Source of the DNA: Candidatus Velthaea sp.
Lineage (GTDB): Bacteria; Vulcanimicrobiota; Vulcanimicrobiia; Vulcanimicrobiales; Vulcanimicrobiaceae
Reading direction: 5' to 3'
NCBI GenBank assembly: GCA_965214935.1
Contig: CBDCCS010000021.1
Coordinates: 192,001 to 256,000 of the forward strand
Length of the DNA stretch: 64,000 nucleotides
Every line of letters starts with the position of its first letter. Positions within the stretch are counted from its first letter, which is position 1. The translations under genes were made by a program, and so were the position numbers. Below the pieces are notes generated by a model that was not told the origin of the DNA, made no database searches, and saw only the letters and a program-made list of their open reading frames with translations. Shown here in pieces: positions 40,652 to 48,923 of the stretch.

Positions 40652-41351
40652 GTTTCTCGGAGCTTTGGCCGCCGCCGGCACGGCTCCGCCCGTCCGCCCG
40701 GATATCAGCGCGCAAATCGAGATCCGCCGCGACGCCAGCGAGTTGCTTGCGCCCTTTACGGTCTCGATCGCGGTTCGCAACGTCGTATCGCATACCGTTG
40801 CACTGAACTTTGCCACCGCGGATATGTACCGCATCGATGTGACGCATGCCGGGCAAACGATCTGGTCGACGGCGACGGGTCACAAACCATTGCTCATCGC
40901 GCGCCGGGTCGAAATTGCACCGGGTGTCACCCGGCTCGCCAGTCAGATTGTCGATGGAACCACCGACGACCGCCGCTCGTACGCTCCGGGTGATTACGTC
41001 GTTCATGTCGCACTGCTTGCCGGCGAGCTAGCGACGGCGATCGATCGGACGATCGCCTTTCCGCCGCCGATTTCGATTGCCGAAGCACGCAATACCAACG
41101 GCGGCACCGTGGTCACCATCGCGGGGATCGCACGCAGTGATGCCGGCGTGACGCTCCTGCGCGATGCGAGCGGTTCGCTTCAGCTTTCGCGGCCGCTGGG
41201 ACTTCGACCGACCGGACCGTACGTCGTGCGTGGCTTTATCGACGCCGTTGAAGATACCGTCGTATTCGCCGTCGGACGCTTCGCGCCGGCGTTCGAAAAT
41301 CGTGCCGATGCGCGGCCGCGAGTAACCGCGCTCAGCCTTGGCCGAGATTGA
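40638..41351 (+). CDS. exported protein with BsuPI-like (intracellular proteinase inhibitor) domain
   Basis: VRN...VALNFATADMYRIDV...GQTIW...APGDYVV pattern; Tat-like KRTEFL start. Confidence 0.5.
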   Translation: MKRTEFLGALAAAGTAPPVRPDISAQIEIRRDASELLAPFTVSIAVRNVVSHTVALNFATADMYRIDVTHAGQTIWSTATGHKPLLIARRVEIAPGVTRLASQIVDGTTDDRRSYAPGDYVVHVALLAGELATAIDRTIAFPPPISIAEARNTNGGTVVTIAGIARSDAGVTLLRDASGSLQLSRPLGLRPTGPYVVRGFIDAVEDTVVFAVGRFAPAFENRADARPRVTALSLGRD

Positions 41352-42180
41352 TGCGCGCGAAAAGCCGCTCGCGCCGGCCCGGCGGCAGCGTACCGTGCAG
41401 CATGTGCGACAGGGACCGGATTCGCCTGTAACCGCTGCTTGCTACGATGGCTGCCGCTTCGAGATTGCCGGCGGGGATCTGCAACCGGTGGACCGCCGGG
41501 AGCAACTGCCGCGCTGCAAGGATCAAGGCGCTCGCTGCCGCCGCGTCCGGTGCGACGACCGGACCGAGCACCTGCGGGCGCACTTGCGCGACGGCATAAC
41601 CATCGATCCGGCCGGCGCTACCGATCACTCTCACGGCCTCGGGCATCGCATCGAGGAGTAATCCGAGAACCACGCACCGGTCGGCGCCGAAGGCGACCCG
41701 ATCCGCTGCAAAAACGGCATCGCGCTCGACTCGATCGTACGGCCGCGCCCGCGCCGTTCCGGCTGCAGCAAGTGTGCCGGCAGTTCCGAGTTCGCTCGCG
41801 TAGACATCGGTATGACCGGCCGCGCCGAATCCATAGCGCGCGTAAAGCGGTGCGCCGGCGGTTGTTGCGTCGAGTTCGACGGCTTCGAAGCGGCATTCTT
41901 GCGCCCATGCCGACAGCTCGTCCATCAAGCGCGTTGCGATACCTCGCCGCTGGAATGCCGGTTCAACCGCCATTTGCGAGACATACGCACTGCGACCGTA
42001 ATGATTGCCGATGACCATTCCGACGGGCACTCCGTCGAGCACGGCGACGAACGTGGCGAATGCCGGCGTGTCGATTGATGCCCGCAGCCGCAACTCCGCG
42101 TTTTGCTCGGAATGGTACGCTCGATTGAGCACGCCCGCTAGCGTACCGATGTCCGCCGCGCGTAGCGGCCTGACGATCAC
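41332..42180 (-). CDS. two-domain GNAT acetyltransferase
   Basis: VEPAFQRRGIATRL, LDATTAGAPLYARYGF, second domain DRVAFGADR, LGPVVA; GTG overlaps the coaE stop. Confidence 0.85.
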   Translation of the reverse strand: MIVRPLRAADIGTLAGVLNRAYHSEQNAELRLRASIDTPAFATFVAVLDGVPVGMVIGNHYGRSAYVSQMAVEPAFQRRGIATRLMDELSAWAQECRFEAVELDATTAGAPLYARYGFGAAGHTDVYASELGTAGTLAAAGTARARPYDRVERDAVFAADRVAFGADRCVVLGLLLDAMPEAVRVIGSAGRIDGYAVAQVRPQVLGPVVAPDAAAASALILAARQLLPAVHRLQIPAGNLEAAAIVASSGYRRIRSLSHMLHGTLPPGRRERLFARINLGQG

Positions 42181-42782
42181 CGCCGCGTCGATTGCGGATC
42201 TCCGTGCTGCAACGTCTCGAACACCGCGCGGGCATGCATTGCCAGATCGTCGAGCGTGCCCGAGTTGTCGATGACGAAATCGGCCATGGCCGCTGCCCGG
42301 CCGGGGTCGATTTGCGCGGCCATTCGGGCTTCGATCCGTTCGGCGGTCGTAGCGTCGCGCGCCGCTGCACGTGCAACCCGCACGGCAGGCGGAGCAACCA
42401 CGAGCACGGTACGATCGCACGTTCTCCAATAATCGCCCTCGAAGAGCAACGGCACCACATGCACGACGAGTGCGGTCGCCGGTAATGCCGCTTCGATCTC
42501 GGCCGCTCGCGCGCGCACGAGCGGGTGGACGATCCGGTTGAGCTGTTCGCGAGCGTTCGGGTCGGCAAAGACGATACGCGCAAGGGCCGCCCGATCGAGC
42601 GACCCTTGTTCGTCGACGGCATGCGGCCAACGTCTTTGCGCCTCACGCAAGCCGGTCGTTCCCGGTGCCATGACTTCGCGCGCAAGCAGATCCGCATCGA
42701 TCACTGCGGCGCCCCAGCTCGAGAAGAGCCGGGCGACCACGCTCTTACCCGACCCGATGCCGCCGGTTAGACCGACGCGCAT
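42177..42782 (-). CDS. coaE: dephospho-CoA kinase
   Basis: VGLTGGIGSGKS, IDADLLAREV, LNRIVHPLV, VPLLFE. Confidence 0.96.
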   Translation of the reverse strand: MRVGLTGGIGSGKSVVARLFSSWGAAVIDADLLAREVMAPGTTGLREAQRRWPHAVDEQGSLDRAALARIVFADPNAREQLNRIVHPLVRARAAEIEAALPATALVVHVVPLLFEGDYWRTCDRTVLVVAPPAVRVARAAARDATTAERIEARMAAQIDPGRAAAMADFVIDNSGTLDDLAMHARAVFETLQHGDPQSTRR

Positions 42783-42791
42783 CGCGGGAGT

Positions 42792-43976
42792 TCAGCTTTG
42801 CTGAGCGGCAAGCTCCTGACCTAGCGTCCCCAGTCCGCCGCCTTGATACCCGTCGGCTTCGGGCGCATAGTCGGGAAATTCGGTCGTATCGAGCGGGATA
42901 TCCGCGACGTGCTGGATCGAGCCGGTGATCCGTCGCGTGCTCTCGTTGATAGTGAGCAGCGTGACTTCAACTTCTTCGCCCGGCGAATACTGTTTGGCCG
43001 GATCGAATTCGCCTTTCGGCACCATGGCAAGCACGCCGGGCACGATCTCGACGAGCAAGTAGTTCGGGGTGACCTTCACGACGCCCGCCACGAGTTTATT
43101 GCCCTCGAAGAGACGCTCGTTATGCTCGTTCCACGGATCCGGCAATGCATGCTTGAGCGAAAGCGAGACTTTCTTTGCTTCCGGATCGAACTTCATGACT
43201 TCGACTGAAACGGTGTCGCCGATTTTCACGACTTCCGACGGGTGCTTGATTCGCGCGTACGAGAGTTCGCTATTATGAATGAGGCCGTCGATCCCGCCGA
43301 GATCGACAAACGCGCCGAACTCCGCTAATCGAACGACGACGCCTTCACGGATCTGCCCGACGGTCAACGTTCCGAGCAGCTCTTGCTTTTTAGCATTGAG
43401 CTCTTCTTCGAGAACCTGACGCTGTGAAAGCACGACACGGTGACGCTTATGATCGAGATCGATGACTTTAAGCCGTAACCGCTTGCCGACGAGTTCGTCA
43501 AGATTGCCGACCGGCTGACGCCGGATTTGCGACGCCGGCACGAAGCCCCGCATCCCGAGGTCGACCAGGACGCCGCCTTTGACGACTTGGGTGACCGTCG
43601 CTTCGATGACTTCGTCGTTATCATGCGCGGCGATGACCTTCTCCCAGGTCTTGAGCGCCCGTGCGCGCCGCTCGCTCAGAAACAGCGAGCCGTCTTGATC
43701 GTCGATCCGGTGGATCATCACTTCGAGCGTATCGCCGACCTTGAGGTCTTTGGGCTCGATGGCCAAACTTAATTCGCGGAACGGCAGCGTGCCTTCCGAC
43801 TTGCCGCCGATGTCGACGAGCAATTCATCTTGGTACTTCGCAACGATAACGCCGGTAAGCACTTGGCCTTCATCGAGAACTTTGAGGCTCTCTTCATAAA
43901 GGCGCTGCTCGAGCGCGAGTTGATCTTCTTCTTCGGGTTCGATTGCCGGCGTCGGCGGGGCGATGGTGCTAGTAAT
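42792..43976 (-). CDS. rpsA: 30S ribosomal protein S1 (four S1 domains), probable ATT start
   Basis: VDIGGKSEG, RGFVPASQ, FGAFVDLGGIDGLIHNSEL. The frame extends 38 codons above GTG 43862 to ATT 43976, which has a GAGG SD. Confidence 0.9.
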   Translation of the reverse strand: MTSTIAPPTPAIEPEEEDQLALEQRLYEESLKVLDEGQVLTGVIVAKYQDELLVDIGGKSEGTLPFRELSLAIEPKDLKVGDTLEVMIHRIDDQDGSLFLSERRARALKTWEKVIAAHDNDEVIEATVTQVVKGGVLVDLGMRGFVPASQIRRQPVGNLDELVGKRLRLKVIDLDHKRHRVVLSQRQVLEEELNAKKQELLGTLTVGQIREGVVVRLAEFGAFVDLGGIDGLIHNSELSYARIKHPSEVVKIGDTVSVEVMKFDPEAKKVSLSLKHALPDPWNEHNERLFEGNKLVAGVVKVTPNYLLVEIVPGVLAMVPKGEFDPAKQYSPGEEVEVTLLTINESTRRITGSIQHVADIPLDTTEFPDYAPEADGYQGGGLGTLGQELAAQQS

Positions 43977-44170
43977 TAGAGATCCTCACATTGTGGCGGA
44001 GACGGCGCTTCACGCTCGCTCCAAACCCCTCGCAACGTATTCGGTGCGAGGCCCCCGGACTTTAGCGGGCCCGTCGTCGATTCGGCTTCGAGATCTCTCT
44101 CTAAGGGGGTCCGAATCGGCCAAAAGTAGCCCAAGTCCAAGCACGTTCGGGACTCCGCCCGGTCCACCCG
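43977..44170 (-). ncRNA. putative structured cis-regulatory leader of rpsA
   Basis: Nested complementary segments 43995-44001/44153-44159, 44057-44062/44133-44138, 44067-44070/44129-44132, 44078-44085/44111-44118, plus hairpin 44028-44034/44045-44051. Confidence 0.45.
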
Positions 44171-44986
44171 TTATTTCTGACACGTCCGGCACCACCACGT
44201 GCCGCGCTGTGAGAGGACCGTACGGACGATCGTGCTGCCGCATCGCGGACATGGCATTCCGAGGCGGCCATAAACGGATAACAGATTTTGAAATCCGCCT
44301 TTGAGCCCCTCGGCATCGACATAATCGTCGACGCTCGTGCCGCGCGCCTCGATGGAGCGGGCCAAGACATCGCGGATTGCGAGATGCAGCCGGCGGCGAG
44401 CCGGCCGGGAAATCTTGTGGGCCGGGCGACTCGGACGAATCCGTGCCTCCCATAAAGCTTCACAAGCGTAGATATTGCCGACTCCGGAAATCCGGCTTTG
44501 ATCGAGCAGCAAGACCTTGATCGGCGTTCGACGCTCGTCCAGCATACTCACAAAGCGTTCGGAGGTAAACCCCTCGGAGAGCGGTTCGAGTCCGCCGTCG
44601 GCGTCCCACGGTTCGCCCGACGCGAGTAACCGCATGCGGCCGAACTGCCGAACGTCGGCAAACAGCAATCGGGTCCCGTCGGAAAAATCGATCGTGATGT
44701 GTGAATACGGATACGGCTTTGTCAGCCCGGGCGGCTGAACGATAAGCCGGCCGGTCATACGCAGATGCACCGTCAACCGGCGCCCGGACGCCAGCGTCAT
44801 GACGATGAACTTCGCCCGGCGTCCGATCGACATCACCGTTTCACCCGGTAGTGCACCGGCCAAGGTCAGCCCGGGCGGCGTGACCGCGATTTTCGCCATC
44901 GTCACAACTGCAGAAGCGATGGTTTTTCCGCCGATCGCATTTGCCAGGCCGCGTGCGATCGTCTCTACTTCGGGCAGTTCGGGCAC
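44171..44986 (-). CDS. mutM: formamidopyrimidine-DNA glycosylase
   Basis: MPELPEVE, HLRMTG, LLDQSRISGVGNIYACE, C-terminal CPRC...CRTCQ zinc finger. Confidence 0.97.
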   Translation of the reverse strand: MPELPEVETIARGLANAIGGKTIASAVVTMAKIAVTPPGLTLAGALPGETVMSIGRRAKFIVMTLASGRRLTVHLRMTGRLIVQPPGLTKPYPYSHITIDFSDGTRLLFADVRQFGRMRLLASGEPWDADGGLEPLSEGFTSERFVSMLDERRTPIKVLLLDQSRISGVGNIYACEALWEARIRPSRPAHKISRPARRRLHLAIRDVLARSIEARGTSVDDYVDAEGLKGGFQNLLSVYGRLGMPCPRCGSTIVRTVLSQRGTWWCRTCQK

Positions 44987-45079
44987 TACTCGAACTTAAA
45001 CTCCGGTTCGCCTGCAGATGTTGCAACGGCGTTCGCTGCCGGCATCACCGTACGGCAAGCTTACAACCGTACGGCAGGC

Positions 45080-45940
45080 TTACAGTGGTAGTTCTTTTTC
45101 GTGCTGCGCGTAGGACCGGGCGTCGAAATACCACTCCGGCAAGGTTGCCGGAAACATGATATTCGTATAAGCGTAGTCGACGACTTTGCCGTCGCCGTCG
45201 TATCCGTCACCGACCAGACCGTGGATCGAGGTGACGACGGGAACGCCTTGCAGCAATGAAATCTTCACGTCGAACAGCGCGCTGTAAATCTTATTCGCAC
45301 TCTCGTCGAATAAGCGATCGTGCGTGATGAGCCGGACGAGTTCAAGGCTATTTTTATCAGCGTACACTTCGCGCAAGCGATTGCGTTCCGGATCGCGGAT
45401 CGGCCGTAACGTAAGATGCACGAGATTACCCTCGACGACCACGGAGTCGACGTAGTAATCATATTCGCCTGCGACAGTAACGCTGCCGATTTGCTTGTAC
45501 TGCGTGGCTTGCGGTTCGGGCGTCGGCACCTCCGAAACCGGCCGCGGCTTGGCCGGCGCCGGTTCGAACAAATCAGCGGTCGGCGGTCCCGGGTCACGAT
45601 CCTCATTGAACGCCGGACGCATGAATTCGGGAAAGCCCATGGCCGGCGCGATTTCGACCTTGCGGCCGAGCGCAGCACGATCGAGGTTGCGCACCCACAT
45701 GTGATAGGTATAGCTCGCGGCGAAATCCGGAAAACCGCGATCGGTATTCTGCTTGCGCGACATCGTGTACGTAATGTATGCCGGCGGCGGCCGATGCGAG
45801 CGGAACTTGGCTCGAATCAAGCCGAGCAGTCGCTGCGGCGACGGGGTGTAAACCGGATCGGGATGCGCTGCCGGTAGCGGTGCCGGGGTAACGAGCCCGA
45901 GAAAAAAGCTGACGATCAGAGCGGAAAGCGTTGCGATCAT
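45080..45940 (-). CDS. hypothetical exported protein
   Basis: 286-aa ORF with hydrophobic N-terminus; ATGA-coupled to the DUF192 gene. Confidence 0.7.
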   Translation of the reverse strand: MIATLSALIVSFFLGLVTPAPLPAAHPDPVYTPSPQRLLGLIRAKFRSHRPPPAYITYTMSRKQNTDRGFPDFAASYTYHMWVRNLDRAALGRKVEIAPAMGFPEFMRPAFNEDRDPGPPTADLFEPAPAKPRPVSEVPTPEPQATQYKQIGSVTVAGEYDYYVDSVVVEGNLVHLTLRPIRDPERNRLREVYADKNSLELVRLITHDRLFDESANKIYSALFDVKISLLQGVPVVTSIHGLVGDGYDGDGKVVDYAYTNIMFPATLPEWYFDARSYAQHEKELPL

Positions 45941-46464
45941 TCCTGTGCATTCAGTGTCGGTATTGCGAGGCGGCTGCCGCTGACAATGTGATGGCGGGCG
46001 GCGTCGCCGGCGCCGAGTTCGATAACGTATAAGCCCTGTCCGGCCCGGCGCGCGATCCGATCGTCGGTCGTTCCGGACGGCGTTGCCGGTACATCGGCTG
46101 CAACGTTGGTCACCGTGCCGTCGGCGTCAACGAATACCATATCTAATGCAATTAGCGTATTTTTCATCCAAAACGACTGCGGTCCGCCGGGCGGTGAAAA
46201 GACGAAGATCATGCCTTTCCCGGGCGGCACACGTACGACGCACATCAAACCGCGGGCCCGGCTTTGCTCCGTGGTTACCGGCACGACCGACAGCCTGCCC
46301 AGCGGTGCGCGCACGTCGTACGCGGCACCCGCCAAGAATTTCCGCGTAGCACCGGCCGTGTCCGGACATTCGGTACTCGACGTCGGCGCGGGCGTCGTCC
46401 GATCCGCGGGAGCTTGAGCGGTCAGCAACGTTGCACAAACGGCGAGCGGAGCAAGGTATCTCAT
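45937..46464 (-). CDS. DUF192 family exported protein
   Basis: RARGLM, GMIFVF, FWMKNTLIALDMVFV, YVIELGAG; ATG 46464 with signal peptide. Confidence 0.88.
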   Translation of the reverse strand: MRYLAPLAVCATLLTAQAPADRTTPAPTSSTECPDTAGATRKFLAGAAYDVRAPLGRLSVVPVTTEQSRARGLMCVVRVPPGKGMIFVFSPPGGPQSFWMKNTLIALDMVFVDADGTVTNVAADVPATPSGTTDDRIARRAGQGLYVIELGAGDAARHHIVSGSRLAIPTLNAQE

Positions 46465-46540
46465 GCGTGTGGCAACATTTCGCGCGCCGAGCAGTGCTGC
46501 CCGCTCGAGCAACTTACGCACTGCGGGTACAAGGCGTGCG

Positions 46541-47548
46541 ATGGCAACGGCGGCTCGCGACTCCGATCGACCCCAAACGCAAACCGGCGACCGTATCGGC
46601 AACGGCCGGCATCCGCGCCGGCGCCGCCGGATCGTCATTGCGGCCGCGGTCATCGCCGTCTTGCTGATCGCCGCGGCAATCGTCGAATCGCGTTTCGTCG
46701 GCCACCCCGATAAGGTTGCGGCCGGCGGCGGTTCCGGTTCCGCATCCACCAGTGGCGGAGCATCATCGGGTGCCGGTTCGGGCAGTTCGACAGCCGGCGG
46801 CAGTTCAACGAATGCAGGCGGAGCCGTGGGGACGACCGGTGGAACAACGGCAGGCAGCGGTAGCGGGTCGGCCACCGGCGCCGGCAGTTCCGCGAGCGGC
46901 GCGAGCAGCGGCGGCACGGGCAGCGCGTCGGGAGCGCAATCGGGCGGATCGGCCGGCGGGGGTTCGCAGGGCAGCGGGTCTTCGGGCGGCTCGCAAAGCG
47001 CCGGCTCGTCGTCGAATGCGGCCGGTAACTCGACGGGAAGCAGCAACTCGAATGTCGGTAACGGCTCGGCGGCGAGTAGCAGTGCGGCCGGCGGTGCCGG
47101 TACGGGCAGCAGCAACAATACCTCGGATTTTGCGGGCGCCGGCGGTTCGCATGGCTCGATTGGGACGATTAACGCTGCGTCCGCGAACGTCGGGTCCTCT
47201 TCGATGAGCTCGGGTTCGCTCGGCCCGGGTTCGACGGGCGGTTCGGTGGGCGCAAGTTCCGGCTCGACCGGTGCCGGCAGCAGTACGGCCGGTAGCGCCG
47301 GTTCAGGGTCGGTCGGATCGAGCGCAGGCGCCGCAACGGGCGGAAGCGCACCGGTCGGTGCGGGTTCGGCAAACGCCGGTTCGGTCGGCTCGGGCGCCGT
47401 CGGAACGGGGGCCGGTTCGGGCACGGCCGGCACCGGATCGAATACCGGTGGTTCAAATGGGTCCGGCGCGCGCGGTTCGGGCTCCGGCAGCGCAACCGGC
47501 TCCGGCAGTACCGGTTCCGGGAACGGCAGCGGTTCCGTGGGCGGCTAA
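46541..47548 (+). CDS. membrane-anchored Gly/Ser/Ala-rich low-complexity protein
   Basis: RRRRR then hydrophobic TM, then ~275 aa of G/S/A/T/N-rich sequence; co-oriented with the RND genes. Confidence 0.75.
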   Translation: MATAARDSDRPQTQTGDRIGNGRHPRRRRRIVIAAAVIAVLLIAAAIVESRFVGHPDKVAAGGGSGSASTSGGASSGAGSGSSTAGGSSTNAGGAVGTTGGTTAGSGSGSATGAGSSASGASSGGTGSASGAQSGGSAGGGSQGSGSSGGSQSAGSSSNAAGNSTGSSNSNVGNGSAASSSAAGGAGTGSSNNTSDFAGAGGSHGSIGTINAASANVGSSSMSSGSLGPGSTGGSVGASSGSTGAGSSTAGSAGSGSVGSSAGAATGGSAPVGAGSANAGSVGSGAVGTGAGSGTAGTGSNTGGSNGSGARGSGSGSATGSGSTGSGNGSGSVGG

Positions 47549-47617
47549 GTACAGATTCGATTCGTGCATTGCGGGCAGAACCAACACTCGGCTGCTCGCG
47601 TGCAACCGTTCACAGAT

Positions 47618-48922
47618 ATGGAGCCATCTGAGCTGCGGTCAACGCAACGAACACTGTTTTTCGGAGCCGCTGCAATTGCCGTGCTCCTGCTCGGCGCCGG
47701 CTGCTCGTCGGGGTCGGCGTCCGGCGCAGCGGAGCCGTCGCCGACGCCCACGATGCCGAGCGTCCGCACCATTGGCGCAGTCGAAGGCACGATTCACCCG
47801 GCGCTGACAATTCCCGGTACGATCGCGCCGAATCAAGTTGCGGCATTGTCGAATGCGATTTCCGAACCGGCGCTGCAGGTCTATGTCCAAGAAGGCGACC
47901 GGGTTCGAACCGGTCAGGTCCTCGCGCAACTCGACGTCGACGATCTGCAAGCGAATTTGCAAGCCGCGGAACAGACGGCGCGCGCCGACGCGGCGCGGAC
48001 GCAACAAACGCGCTACTCGGCAACGCTGTCTTACGCGCAAGCGCCGGCACAAGATCAGCAAGCTAAAGCGCAACTCGCGCAAGCGCAACTGACGCTGCGC
48101 GAAGCAACGCTAAATTTACGTCGCGATGCGCAACTCGTCGCGCAAGGCTACCTGCCGCAGCAGAACTATGACGAGCAAGAGGTCGTCGTTGCAAACGATC
48201 AACAAGCCGTGTACTCGGCGGGCGCCGCAGTGCAAAGTGCGGCCGCGAACGTTCGGGTGAACGGTAACGGCACGAGCGGCTTACAGGCGGCGACCATTGC
48301 GCAAGCAAGCGAAGATGCAGCGGCTGCCTATGCAACCGCCGAGCAGCTGCGGCGTCAAATCGCGCGCGCCCATATTGTGAGTCCGGTCGACGGCGTGGTG
48401 ATCAATCGCAACCTCAATCCGGGCGAGTATCCGGCCGGCCGGCAGATTTTTACCATCGAATCGGACGCGCAGATGTATGCGATTCTCACGGCGTCCGCCG
48501 TGCAAGCCTATCAGATTCACCGCGGTAATCGCGTCACGATCGTGCGCGCCGGACTGCCCAGCGGCCGTTTCGTCGGCAATGTTGCCGCGATACTCGACGC
48601 CGCGACAGCCGGCTCGACGAATTTCACGGTGAAAGTGCGCGTGCCGAACGAACGCGGCGTCCTGCGTGCCGGGACGCCGGTCCAAGCAATGGTCGCGCTG
48701 CAACCGGTTAGCGGCATTGCCGTTCCGGCATCGGCGTTCGTCGATGATTCTCGCACGCGAATCCTTACCGTCGTCGATCGGCGGGCGCGAACGGTGCACG
48801 TAACCGAATTCGCGACCGACGGCGCGACGTCGATCGTCGGCGGGTTAGCGCCGGGTACGCAAATCGTGCGCGATGGATCGGCGGGGCTGAGCGACGGCCA
48901 AGCCGTCGAGACGGCGCGCTAA
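47618..48922 (+). CDS. RND efflux membrane fusion protein (lipoprotein)
   Basis: Lipobox GAGC; VQEGDRVRTGQVLAQLD, long helical hairpin, IVSPVDGVV. Confidence 0.92.
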   Translation: MEPSELRSTQRTLFFGAAAIAVLLLGAGCSSGSASGAAEPSPTPTMPSVRTIGAVEGTIHPALTIPGTIAPNQVAALSNAISEPALQVYVQEGDRVRTGQVLAQLDVDDLQANLQAAEQTARADAARTQQTRYSATLSYAQAPAQDQQAKAQLAQAQLTLREATLNLRRDAQLVAQGYLPQQNYDEQEVVVANDQQAVYSAGAAVQSAAANVRVNGNGTSGLQAATIAQASEDAAAAYATAEQLRRQIARAHIVSPVDGVVINRNLNPGEYPAGRQIFTIESDAQMYAILTASAVQAYQIHRGNRVTIVRAGLPSGRFVGNVAAILDAATAGSTNFTVKVRVPNERGVLRAGTPVQAMVALQPVSGIAVPASAFVDDSRTRILTVVDRRARTVHVTEFATDGATSIVGGLAPGTQIVRDGSAGLSDGQAVETAR

Positions 48923-48923
48923 T

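Noticed and set aside
43977..44170. 6S RNA, SRP RNA or tRNA identity for the structured spacer
   Set aside because: The size suits 6S, but I could not find the usual 6S, SRP or cloverleaf sequence motifs; kept only as an unassigned leader.
46465..47433. Pro/Glu/Ala-rich N-terminal extension of the DUF192 ORF (track 45937..47433)
   Set aside because: Mirror of the Gly/Ser codons on the plus strand. DUF192 has its own ATG and signal peptide at 46464, and the plus-strand product has a coherent TM topology.
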